64,000 bases of DNA from Gammaproteobacteria bacterium (GCA_965202915.1 OZ241847.1:2194242-2258241); one strand, 5' to 3'; positions 1 through 8,924 are shown, numbered from the stretch's first letter. The notes: generated from the sequence alone by a model not told the origin. Program-made: numbers and translations.

Positions 1-947
1 GCTGACGACAAGCCTTTTGCCAGGGTCATGGTATCGGGCTGAAAGCCAAACATGGTGGCACCAAAATCCTTGCCCGTTCGGCCAAACGCACAAATAACCT
101 CATCGTCAAGAAACAGGATATTATTATCCCGCAAAAGTCGTTGAACGCGTGGAAAGTAATCCCTGGGAGGCACTATTACGCCACCCGCGCCATTGATTGG
201 TTCAGCAATAAACGCAGCGATTGTCTCCGCTCCTTCGGTGTCGATTAATTCCTCAAGTTGATTGATCAGACGATCACAAAAAGCACTTTCCGACTCGCCA
301 TTTAAACCATTTCTATAGTAGTGAGGAGCATCTATGCGAAGTATGCCCAGAGCGTCGAATGGGAGATTAAAATGAGCATGATTTGCGGCCAGCCCGGTCA
401 GCGAAGCGGCGGCGACGGTCAATCCATGATAAGCATTATGTCGTGAAATAATTTTTCTTTTCTCAGGCGTACCCAGTATATGATTATAGTAACGCACAAT
501 TTTAACAAGTGAATCATTGGCATCGCTTCCTGAGTTGCCAAAAAATACCTTCGCCCCGCTGATATTCACCATTTCACTCAGTTTGTCAGCTAAATCAATG
601 CCCTCTTGATGTGTTTTCCCGCCAAATAAATGACTATAAGACAGGCGTTCCAGTTGCCCGGAGATGGCCTCTACCAGTTCCTCATTCCCATAGCCCAATG
701 AGGCGCACCATAATCCGGCCAGACCTTCTATGTACTTTTTCCCCTTATCGTCATATACATATATGCCCTTACCCTTAGAAAACTTTATTTGCTCCGGTGC
801 GCATAAATTAGTGCTTGGATATAAAACACTGCTCATTATATTGCTTTCCTCATATGAACAAAACCAATCGCGACGTTCAGACCAGCTTTCCGGTTTATTT
901 ATCTGTATTAAATTATAGTCATTTAATTCTTTATAAACCATCGACAT
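1..947 (-). CDS. Class-III PLP-dependent aminotransferase (omega-aminotransferase type); C-terminus lies outside the window
   Basis: The minus-strand frame is open from the window edge to an ATG at 947. It is absent from the ORF track because its stop is outside the window. My translation starts MSMVYKELNDYNLIQINKPESW. It contains GLWCASLGYGNEELVEAI, FFGNSGSDANDS, NAYHGLT, FIAEPINGAGGVIVPP, DEVICAFGRTG and TLAKGLSS. Confidence 0.8.
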   Translation of the reverse strand, partial: MSMVYKELNDYNLIQINKPESWSERRDWFCSYEESNIMSSVLYPSTNLCAPEQIKFSKGKGIYVYDDKGKKYIEGLAGLWCASLGYGNEELVEAISGQLERLSYSHLFGGKTHQEGIDLADKLSEMVNISGAKVFFGNSGSDANDSLVKIVRYYNHILGTPEKRKIISRHNAYHGLTVAAASLTGLAANHAHFNLPFDALGILRIDAPHYYRNGLNGESESAFCDRLINQLEELIDTEGAETIAAFIAEPINGAGGVIVPPRDYFPRVQRLLRDNNILFLDDEVICAFGRTGKDFGATMFGFQPDTMTLAKGLSS

Positions 948-1076
948 ATTTTCACTTAATCTGTGAATATATCTCACTGATGGCGTTCGCAATGTTTATC
1001 AGGTGGCTTGTTTAGCCTTAAAGCAGGCACAAACCCTTAGCCCACACAACCGCGCGACAGCCTTTATTCCGGGAGA

Positions 1077-1124
1077 AACATTGGCTGAACGCAACATTGG
1101 CTGAACGCAACATTGGCTCACGCC
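1077..1124. repeat. 16-bp direct tandem repeat, about 3 copies (aacattggctgaacgc x2, then the degenerate aacattggctcacgcc)
   Basis: Read directly from lines 1021-1081. It lies in the divergent intergenic region between the aminotransferase start (947) and the GT-C/TPR gene start (1260). Confidence 0.9.
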
Positions 1125-1259
1125 GGCATTTGCCACGCCACCCCCTATGCCTGGCGGCATACATACCGTTGACGCATCACCATGGGGTCATTAAAATATT
1201 CCCGTGTCGCACTACGGACTGGAATCTTCCCTCACACTTAATAATGAGAATCATCAAAA

Positions 1260-3146
1260 GTGAGTAGGCAATCAAATTTCAATGCCAGAAAACGCGGCAA
1301 CAGGAACCGACGCCGGCAAGCCAAATCGCAACCGGTTTCGCCAACAAGCTCAAAGCCATCAGCGACAATATCAGCAAGGGAAAGTATCCATATTACCCCG
1401 GCGCCGCACGGGCCGGAGTCACCCGTCTCCGCCGCGGCACCGGAAGCCGCCATCGCAACCGTATTCGCGCTGCCGGCACTATGCCTGTTAATCACCCTCA
1501 GTTACCTGCCCGCAACCTGGGCGGGGTTGGTGTGGGACGACGTCGTACTGACGATGGCCCAACCGTTGCAACATCTGTCCGGCCTATGGGATATCTGGTT
1601 CGCGCCCCGTTCCCTTTCCCAGTTTGAGGGACACTACTGGCCGCTTCTCTATACGTCTTTCTGGCTGGAGAATCGATTGTGGGGCGTCACCCCGGTCGGC
1701 TATCATATTGTCAACCTTGTACTACATGGCTTGGTCACAGTACTGCTATGGCGCCTGTTACTAAGGCTGGCCGTTCCCGGTGCCTGGTTTGCGGCGGCGG
1801 TGTTCGCGGTACATCCCCTGCACGTGGAGTCCGTGGCATGGATCATCGGACGCAAGGACGTGCTGGCCTCACTGTTTTATCTGGCCTGCGTGCTGAGTTA
1901 CCTGCATTTCATCGAGGCCCGGCGGCGCCGGTTTTATGCCGCGGCACTGGCACTGTTCATGGCGGGTCTGTTGTGCAAATCCATCCTGGTCACGCTGCCC
2001 GTATCGCTACTGATCTGGCACTGGTGGCAACAGGGGCGCGTGACGCCGGCCGACGTGCGCAGAGTGCTGCCGTTCCTGCTGCTGGGGCTGTGCGTCACGA
2101 TCGCCGACGTCTTGTTCTACAAGAGCAGGGATCCCACCGCCTTTGACTATTCAATCGTTGAACGGCTACTGATCGCGGCGCAGGCATTGTGGTTCTACCT
2201 GGGAAAACTGGTCTGGCCGACGCAACTGGCGGTCATTTACCCGCGCTGGGAGGTCGGCGTCGCCAACCCGCTGGCCTGGGGGTGTTTGATGGCCGCCTTC
2301 GCTGCGGTGGCGGCGCTGTGGTTCGGGCGCCACCGCATCGGTCGGGGGCCGCTGGCGGGTGCACTGTTCTTCGTGGTGACGCTGTCGCCGACGCTGGGCT
2401 TCGTGGACTATGGCTACATGCTGTACTCCTTTGTCGCCGACCGCTACCAATACTTGGCCGGGGCCGGTGTGATTGCAACACTGGCCGCAGCCGTAACCCT
2501 GGGCATGGGCAGACTGCCGGGCGCATACCGGCGCGGAGCGCAGGGCATGGCGGTGCTGCCGCTGGCCGCACTGGGCGTCATCACCTGGAACCAGGCGGGA
2601 ATCTACCGGGACAACTACACTTTTTACAGCCACGTCCTCTCTCTCAACCCGCAGGCCCGCTTCGCCCACCACAGTATCGGCCTGGAGTATCAAAAGCAGG
2701 GCCGCCACGAAGAGGCACTTGCCGCTTTTGAAACCGACTATCGTCTTGCCCCGGAGCAGCCGTCCCCACGGGTGCGCATGAGCAAGGCCCAGACCAGCAT
2801 CGGAACGTCGCTTGCGGCACTGGGCCGGATCCAGGAAGCGGAGGAGCACTTCCGGCGCGGGGTTGAGATCGCCCCGGACTTTCCGGGGGCCTACGATCAT
2901 CTGGGCGGGTTCCTGATCACGCACAAGCGTTACCGGGAGGCCCTCGAAGTTTTTCAAGCCGTCATCACCATAACGCCCGGCAATGCAAGGTTTCACGTCG
3001 GCCTGGGGGTCTCGCAGGCGGGCTTGGGACGGCTGGATGAGGCCTTGCAGAGCTACGAGCGGGCGCTGTTGATAGACCCCTTGCAGGAGCAGGCGCTAAG
3101 CAATCGCGCCAGCCTGTTGAAGTTCAGAGAGAGTGGCGGCGGATAG
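1260..3146 (+). CDS. Polytopic GT-C-fold glycosyltransferase-like protein (TMTC/PMT_2-like) with C-terminal TPR repeats; paralogue of 9789-11648
   Basis: 628-aa ORF with a GTG start. It has multiple hydrophobic segments and a first-loop LVWDD acidic motif. GHYWPLLYTSFWLE...GYHIVNLVLHG and AVHPLHVESVAWIIGRKD are also present. The C-terminal ~170 aa shows TPR-like periodicity (EALAAFE, EAEEHFRRGVEIAPDF, EALEVFQAVI, EALQSYERALLIDP). The region is GC-rich with third codon positions mostly G/C. Confidence 0.75.
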   Translation: MSRQSNFNARKRGNRNRRRQAKSQPVSPTSSKPSATISARESIHITPAPHGPESPVSAAAPEAAIATVFALPALCLLITLSYLPATWAGLVWDDVVLTMAQPLQHLSGLWDIWFAPRSLSQFEGHYWPLLYTSFWLENRLWGVTPVGYHIVNLVLHGLVTVLLWRLLLRLAVPGAWFAAAVFAVHPLHVESVAWIIGRKDVLASLFYLACVLSYLHFIEARRRRFYAAALALFMAGLLCKSILVTLPVSLLIWHWWQQGRVTPADVRRVLPFLLLGLCVTIADVLFYKSRDPTAFDYSIVERLLIAAQALWFYLGKLVWPTQLAVIYPRWEVGVANPLAWGCLMAAFAAVAALWFGRHRIGRGPLAGALFFVVTLSPTLGFVDYGYMLYSFVADRYQYLAGAGVIATLAAAVTLGMGRLPGAYRRGAQGMAVLPLAALGVITWNQAGIYRDNYTFYSHVLSLNPQARFAHHSIGLEYQKQGRHEEALAAFETDYRLAPEQPSPRVRMSKAQTSIGTSLAALGRIQEAEEHFRRGVEIAPDFPGAYDHLGGFLITHKRYREALEVFQAVITITPGNARFHVGLGVSQAGLGRLDEALQSYERALLIDPLQEQALSNRASLLKFRESGGG

Positions 3147-3391
3147 TGCTAAAGGGCTCAAGATAAATATATTCTGCGCGGCAAAGCGGGAACATCGGCC
3201 AATAACACCGAGGAAAGGCATCACACACCACAACCAGATCGTGGCCATTCACGCCGACCAAGAGCGAATGAACCGGCAGGTACTCACACCCCACCTCAAA
3301 AGACCAGTTGTCATTGAACGACATATTCAAGATTCCGATCTTACGATTCGGATGGTTTCGGTGATAATGGTGGGCAGGGGGGCAGGGTCAC

Positions 3392-3841
3392 TCATATTCT
3401 CTTTTGTGGCTTCTCCAGCATTTTTCCAAGCTGATTCAGTTTTCTGTTAAGAAGTTGCCCGTCTTTTAGCTGACATTCCCATATCCGCAATACTTTCCAT
3501 CCGTTGTTTTTAAGCGTCTTGTTTACCAGCCTGTCACGTTTCTTGTTGGCATATATTTTTTTAACCCAAAAATCTCTGTTGTTTTGGGGAACTTGGCCGT
3601 GCTTTGGGCAATCATGCCAGAAACATCCATCCATAAAGATCGCAAGCTTACTGTTTGGAAATACAATGTCTGGCTTGCCGAAAATCGGGTATCTGCGTCG
3701 CCATCCTATCACATGATTTCGCTTCAATATTTTAAGCAGTTTCCCTTCGGTTGATTTGTTTCCAGTAGAACGCACCTTACCCATAATCCATGAACGTTTT
3801 TCTTTTGAATAGACGTCAACCATTTTTCTTGACGTTGTCAA
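3392..3841 (-). CDS. vsr: Very-short-patch repair endonuclease Vsr
   Basis: 149-aa ORF containing GKPDIVFPNSKLAIFMDGCFWHDCPKHG, NRDFWVKKIYANKKRD and GWKVLRIWECQL. Its start overlaps the 3' end of the upstream ORF by 26 nt (3816-3841). Confidence 0.9.
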   Translation of the reverse strand: MTTSRKMVDVYSKEKRSWIMGKVRSTGNKSTEGKLLKILKRNHVIGWRRRYPIFGKPDIVFPNSKLAIFMDGCFWHDCPKHGQVPQNNRDFWVKKIYANKKRDRLVNKTLKNNGWKVLRIWECQLKDGQLLNRKLNQLGKMLEKPQKRI

Positions 3842-5477
3842 GCCTAAACAATAAAAATGAAATTAGACTTAGAATATCAAGGCAACTATTTTCTGGAAAT
3901 AATATATTTGATGTTGTCCTAGGTTCATGGTGCGTTGGATTTCTGAATGCTTGCACCAAACCAACTGAAAGAAATTGTTGACCCCTTTGCATGTTAAGTT
4001 CTGTGTCGTCGGAAAGGTCTGAAATTTGAAGTATTGGAAGCCTGGTTATTGTTGTTCTCCCTCTCTCGTTGTGTGATTCAAAACTAAAAGATTTATGCAT
4101 CAAATCAGTAGATGAATAATTAACACCAGCCTTATCTCTAATTTCCCTTTCATAAATCACCACTCCCTCTTTTGCAGCATCCAGATATCGGGCATTTTTA
4201 TAATCTTCGTACAGTCGATCCCTGATAAGCTGATGCAAATTTCTCCAATGATAATAAGGGTAAGAAGGTATAAGTTTTTTAAACTCGACAAACAGCCGAT
4301 TTGATTCAATAGTTTCTATTTCAGGAAAATCTTCAATCAGTTTTTCAGTAATAACCTCAATACTATTCTGAATTTCCTCCGGCATAGAATTTTTCCAGTC
4401 TTCCAGACCAATATCGCCAAGGCTGTTATCAACCTCGGCTATTTTCTTTTCTTTACGCTTTCTACGCCAATCCAATTGAACGAACTGGACACATTTCTCA
4501 AGATATGTATGAAGTTTGCTAGTTTGTAAATACCCCCAGTTTAGGTTTTGTCTGTTAGTGGAAATTACGTCCTCTGAAAAATCTTCTATAAAATCCACTT
4601 CCAACCATCCCGTCATATAAGAAAAGAAATGACTGGACGTGCTATCAGAAAATTGATAAGGAGATTGCACGAGTTTCCCCCGCGAAAACAAAGAAATACC
4701 CCTTGAATCAAATCTTGGTGCAATGGGCTTTTCAGGCGTAATGATCTTTCCCTGAATCTCAGACCGGTGCTCATAATCTGATTCTATGTTTGAAAAATCC
4801 TCGGGGAAATTCCAAGAAAATTCTTCACCAAATGCGGAGAAGTGCATATCATTGGACAACATTACCGGGTCTTCATCGTTACGCCTTACGGTAACGGAAA
4901 AATCTTCATCGAAAATAAAAAACCTTGCTATGCTGTTGGCAAGAAATTTTTCCGAAAAATCAGATTCTCTATTGATGTTTGTAAGTATTATTTGAGTTCC
5001 GGATTGACCATCTTCAACAATTTTGTCAATTACTTGCGGGATCATTAAATATTTCCCTCTCGTGGAGTTCATTAAATCATCCCAATCCATCGTAAAAATA
5101 TTTCTTTTTCCCTGTTGAACAGTGTTTACGGTAATTGTCCGAACAATCCCAAAGAATGAAAGCTTGCCCAAACCCTTTTTACCGATAACCTTCCTACCTC
5201 TCGGAGTCAACTCTTCTCCATCTTCTCTGCGGTTTCTCCCAATAACAAGAAATTTCTTGTCAATATCATTAAAAGACATTCCTGTTCCATTGTCCGTTAC
5301 AATAATTTCTTTTTCATTAATATCATTCAACTGCACTTCCACTTTTGTGGCATCTGCATCATATGCGTTGGCTAGCAGCTCACTTAAAACCGGAGGAAGA
5401 GTTGAGTACATACGAACTCCAAGGTGCTCTATAACTCTTGGGTCAAACTTCATCGTCAATTGATTAGATTCCAGCAT
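3816..5477 (-). CDS. GHKL (HATPase_c_3/MORC-like) ATPase with a C-terminal TIGR02391 (Hypoth_Ymh)-like domain
   Basis: 553-aa ORF with Bergerat-fold motifs: N-box SELLANAYDA, G1 VTDNGTGM, G2 GKKGLGKLSFFG. The C-terminal ~120 aa (YLDAAKEGVVIYEREIRDKAG...DLMHKSF...QRGQQFLSVGLVQAFRNPTHHEP...LSLISFLLFRLD) matches my recollection of the TIGR02391 pattern. It includes an R-x4-H motif (RNPTHH). Confidence 0.75.
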   Translation of the reverse strand: MLESNQLTMKFDPRVIEHLGVRMYSTLPPVLSELLANAYDADATKVEVQLNDINEKEIIVTDNGTGMSFNDIDKKFLVIGRNRREDGEELTPRGRKVIGKKGLGKLSFFGIVRTITVNTVQQGKRNIFTMDWDDLMNSTRGKYLMIPQVIDKIVEDGQSGTQIILTNINRESDFSEKFLANSIARFFIFDEDFSVTVRRNDEDPVMLSNDMHFSAFGEEFSWNFPEDFSNIESDYEHRSEIQGKIITPEKPIAPRFDSRGISLFSRGKLVQSPYQFSDSTSSHFFSYMTGWLEVDFIEDFSEDVISTNRQNLNWGYLQTSKLHTYLEKCVQFVQLDWRRKRKEKKIAEVDNSLGDIGLEDWKNSMPEEIQNSIEVITEKLIEDFPEIETIESNRLFVEFKKLIPSYPYYHWRNLHQLIRDRLYEDYKNARYLDAAKEGVVIYEREIRDKAGVNYSSTDLMHKSFSFESHNERGRTTITRLPILQISDLSDDTELNMQRGQQFLSVGLVQAFRNPTHHEPRTTSNILFPENSCLDILSLISFLLFRLDNVKKNG

Positions 5478-5489
5478 AATAAAACTATC

Positions 5490-6530
5490 TCAGCCCGAGT
5501 AAAAAGATTTCGCTATTCTGTAAGCAAGTTGCGGTGGCACTGCATTGCCTATTAGCTTGGCTGCGATCATTGAACTTTCACACGCAAAAACATAGTCTTC
5601 GCTGAACGTTTGTAGTGTTGCACCTTCTCTTAGGGACAATCCTCTGTTCTCCTCGGGATGGGCAAATCGACCATTTGAAATCCCGTTAAATCTCGTTGTA
5701 ATTGTTGAAGAGGGTTTATCCCACCTCAATCTCCCATAAACATCCCGAAAAGAATTATCTTTGCCTTTGTAGGTGTTCAATTGAAGCTCGGGGTCGTCTT
5801 TCCATGCGCTCCTTGTCCCGCCGTCTTTGGGTGTTAGCTTGAGCCGTCTCAAATTTTTTTCGGATAACGATGAAACTGTATCCATGAAATTATTTTCATC
5901 CTTATAACCGGATTGCAGAACGGGAAATCCATTATGGGTCCCTATAAATTCCTTCAATACGGATTCTTTCTCCGGTTGGGGAAGATCAATCGATTTTTTT
6001 ACCCTGGAAGCAATCAAGATAAATCTCTTTCTGCTTTGCGGAACTCCATAATACTTGGCATTGATAATATCCTCGACAATCTTATATTCTTTTTCAAGTT
6101 TCCGACAAAATTTGTCAAGCCCACTTTCCGCTTTGTTTCTTTTTATTCCCGGAACATTTTCTATAATTACATAACCCGGTTTGTAGTAACAGACAAAGCG
6201 CCAAAAATGATCAAGCAGTCCTCTGGTGTTCTCCGATGATCTTTTGTTCGTATTCAGGGTGGTCCAGTGCTGGCATGGGCTGCACCCTATAAAGATCAAA
6301 GAGTCGTCATTGCGTTTAATCCCACAATTTTTTTCCAGAAAAGTTCGTGGTGTGTCTTCTATATCTTTTAGAAAAAATTTTGTCCCCGGATGATTTGCCT
6401 CATATGTCTCTTTACAATCCTCATCCACATCTATCCCGGCAACAACCTTTACTCCGGCCATCTTTAACCCTTGGGACATGCCGCCGGCACCGCAAAAAAA
6501 ATCAACCGCTCTTAAGGATTTTTTTCTCAT
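5490..6530 (-). CDS. dcm: DNA (cytosine-5)-methyltransferase
   Basis: 346-aa ORF with the canonical m5C-MTase motifs. These are I DFFCGAGGMSQG, IV GCSPCQHW, VI IIENVPG, VIII QSRKRFILIA and X GNAVPPQLA. Its start overlaps the stop of the upstream ORF (ATGA, 6527-6530). Confidence 0.95.
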   Translation of the reverse strand: MRKKSLRAVDFFCGAGGMSQGLKMAGVKVVAGIDVDEDCKETYEANHPGTKFFLKDIEDTPRTFLEKNCGIKRNDDSLIFIGCSPCQHWTTLNTNKRSSENTRGLLDHFWRFVCYYKPGYVIIENVPGIKRNKAESGLDKFCRKLEKEYKIVEDIINAKYYGVPQSRKRFILIASRVKKSIDLPQPEKESVLKEFIGTHNGFPVLQSGYKDENNFMDTVSSLSEKNLRRLKLTPKDGGTRSAWKDDPELQLNTYKGKDNSFRDVYGRLRWDKPSSTITTRFNGISNGRFAHPEENRGLSLREGATLQTFSEDYVFACESSMIAAKLIGNAVPPQLAYRIAKSFYSG

Positions 6531-8872
6531 TCGCCACCGCCCAAACTGGCTATTAATGTTACTATATGTGCCGCAACCGCGGACGAGGCAGCACGCACGA
6601 CAGAATCTTCGTCATATTCCTCCCGGCCATCGGAATTATCTTCGGAGTCACTGACAAGTCTCTTATACATTGCTAATGTGAGAATGCCCACCCCCACCCT
6701 GAAGCGGTGCCTGATGATCTCTCTCTTACCCTCATCTGATTCTTTGGAAATTAAGTACAAGAGATATTTATTGGCTTTGTTCACATATATGGTTAGCGTT
6801 TCTCCTCTGGACACATGACCGCCCGACTCTTCATTGTAGTTATGTTCATCCCAATATTCTTGCTCCACCCACTCAATATTCGGAAATTCCCGAGCCGGTC
6901 TCTCTTGATTGTTTGTGTCTGTTTCATCCCCGGGCGGGTTTCTTTGAGTTTCTTCCGCACTGGCAATTTTGATCATTACGTCAAAAGTCAGAGGATCTGT
7001 TCTTTCCGGGTTTGAGTCATCAAAGCCAAACTGAACGGCAATTTCATCTCCTACTTTTGCCCCCGCGGGAGTTATGACTTTTATTCGGAATTTTCCATTA
7101 CGCAGAGAACCCGAATGTGGCAATATATCAGGTGATGGGTGAATAAACTCCCCTCGGTTGGCATCTCTTATCAAATAATCATTTTGAGCGTCTGTTCTAC
7201 ATTCAATTCGTCTGTAAGAATTTATGGGAACACTCTTAACATTGCCCTCCTCCAAGTGCGTGGGAGTTAAATATGTGGGGAACAATTTCCCTTCATATTG
7301 ATCCTCACCTCCGGATGTTGCAATCTGACTGTCAACAATACTTCCAACATCAAATAGTTCTTGAAGATCCGGATTATCTTTAACAAGATTGGAAAGAAAT
7401 TCTTTATCGGTCTGCTCTTCTATTTGCTCGCTAATACGACGGTTTTTTATTTCTCTTGCATATTCCCTAAGTTCTCCGCTCCCGGCCAAGGCATCTATAA
7501 TAATTTTCTTTAGTTCTCTCGTGAGCCCTATGTCCGCCATTCTTTCCCTGTCCGATTTAAACACGGCGGCTCGCGCCGTATTATCCATGGCATTACAATC
7601 TATTTGAACAATTAAATGGTTTCTCAAATCATCCAGTCGCGCCTTCCGCAACAGACTGGCTCTGTCCGCAGATTGGGACTGACCGTTGATCGTGTAGAAC
7701 ATTCTGTATGGCTGTTTGCGCAAATAATCCTTCATTTTCTTCAACCCAAAATAAGATATTCGGATAGTCCCCAAATCCGAATTTTCAGAATTTTCAATTA
7801 CGTTTTCCAAGTCAACTTCGCTTTCCTCACTTCTTTCATCATCGGATTTGAGCACTATATTCATACCGGAAAAAGTTCTCGGTGCAATACCCTCCGCTCT
7901 AAGACCGCTCCTTGTGGGTTGAGCATCAAAATCATAAAGACGAACAGGCAAGGCACAATTTATAAGGTTGGTCGTAAGCGCATCATATAGTCCTATATCA
8001 ACCGCACGGGCACGAGGCCCTATATCGTATTCATATAACTTCACAATGCTGCCACCATTGATGACGACACCGATATCCTCTCTGCCAAAAGCCTTGATTT
8101 CATCGGTTTCAAAACAGGCAATTTCTCCGTCGGGACAAAAATACTCAACCACTGGCAAATCCTCTCCTTCTCGAACTCCTCTTACCCTTATCAAAGTCCA
8201 TCCCCATAGACCATCCGAACCGTAAGTGGTTCTTTTGGACAGAATAAACTTATACATCCCCGCCCTGATATCTGCTCGGGTACAAAAAGGTATGGATCCG
8301 GTGCTACCCATATTAAATCGACCTTGGACAAACGGAATGCCTTCCTTATTCTTTTCTCCAAGAGATAAAAAAGTTTTTCCAAAATCTGTATGATTTTGCC
8401 CCTCACCAAAATCAACTATCGTATAGTTTGGACAAATATCATTTCTCCTTCCTGTTCTCTTAATACCAATCAAAACACTTTTTTCAGCCAGATCAGTCCT
8501 TTGATTCGGGCTTAACAAAGCCAACCTGCCTTCTTGAACTTTGGGGAAAAAGTGTTTGACAGCCTCGCTCATATCTTGGGGAGCTGATTCACCATAAAAA
8601 TCTATTTGCTCTTCCTTTGCCCTGCGCATAAGGATTGCGTCAATGGAATTAATGATTAACTCTGCCAACGCACCGACTGGTTGGCTCGTTTGGACGCTCA
8701 CCCTGTCCCAATTTTTATCCGCGCCGCCGTAAGGCTTCCAATTTTCATCAGCGCTAAATTCAGGCTGGCTTTCCATGAACCGATTAACGTCGTCGGCTGA
8801 CAAAGCACCGAGAAACTTATTCGCTATTAACTTTGAAAGTGGGCTGTTGAAAAATTTTCTCGAATCATTCAT
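6527..8872 (-). CDS. Large uncharacterised protein with a divergent N-terminal GHKL/Bergerat ATPase-like region
   Basis: 781-aa ORF and the first gene of the AT-rich operon. Candidate motifs are N-box LAELIINSIDA, G1 IVDFGEGQ and G2 QGRFNMGSTGS (about aa 68-200). I recognise no motifs in the remaining ~550 aa, which end in an acidic tail (SDSEDNSDGREEYDED). Confidence 0.6.
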   Translation of the reverse strand: MNDSRKFFNSPLSKLIANKFLGALSADDVNRFMESQPEFSADENWKPYGGADKNWDRVSVQTSQPVGALAELIINSIDAILMRRAKEEQIDFYGESAPQDMSEAVKHFFPKVQEGRLALLSPNQRTDLAEKSVLIGIKRTGRRNDICPNYTIVDFGEGQNHTDFGKTFLSLGEKNKEGIPFVQGRFNMGSTGSIPFCTRADIRAGMYKFILSKRTTYGSDGLWGWTLIRVRGVREGEDLPVVEYFCPDGEIACFETDEIKAFGREDIGVVINGGSIVKLYEYDIGPRARAVDIGLYDALTTNLINCALPVRLYDFDAQPTRSGLRAEGIAPRTFSGMNIVLKSDDERSEESEVDLENVIENSENSDLGTIRISYFGLKKMKDYLRKQPYRMFYTINGQSQSADRASLLRKARLDDLRNHLIVQIDCNAMDNTARAAVFKSDRERMADIGLTRELKKIIIDALAGSGELREYAREIKNRRISEQIEEQTDKEFLSNLVKDNPDLQELFDVGSIVDSQIATSGGEDQYEGKLFPTYLTPTHLEEGNVKSVPINSYRRIECRTDAQNDYLIRDANRGEFIHPSPDILPHSGSLRNGKFRIKVITPAGAKVGDEIAVQFGFDDSNPERTDPLTFDVMIKIASAEETQRNPPGDETDTNNQERPAREFPNIEWVEQEYWDEHNYNEESGGHVSRGETLTIYVNKANKYLLYLISKESDEGKREIIRHRFRVGVGILTLAMYKRLVSDSEDNSDGREEYDEDSVVRAASSAVAAHIVTLIASLGGGE

Positions 8873-8924
8873 TTATGAAAATTCACCTAGGTTTTGGTAT
8901 TTAATCAGTACATATCCATAACCG

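Noticed and set aside
1679-2996. Long overlapping ORFs on other frames and strands inside the first GT-C/TPR gene. Examples are 2166-2996 minus (276 aa), 2189-2731 plus (180 aa) and 1679-2146 plus (155 aa).
   Set aside because: Their Arg/Pro/Gly/Ala-rich low-complexity translations are typical of stop-codon-poor shadow frames in GC-rich DNA. The 628-aa frame has coherent TM and TPR motifs and a conserved paralogue.
3124-3391. A 68-aa minus-strand ORF and a 105-aa plus-strand ORF at the GC-rich/AT-rich junction. I also searched 3147-3391 against 8873-9790 for direct or inverted repeats, att sites or an integrase flanking the cassette.
   Set aside because: The ORFs have no recognisable motif. 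I found no shared flanking repeat by eye and no recombinase gene. Mobility of the cassette therefore cannot be supported from the sequence alone.
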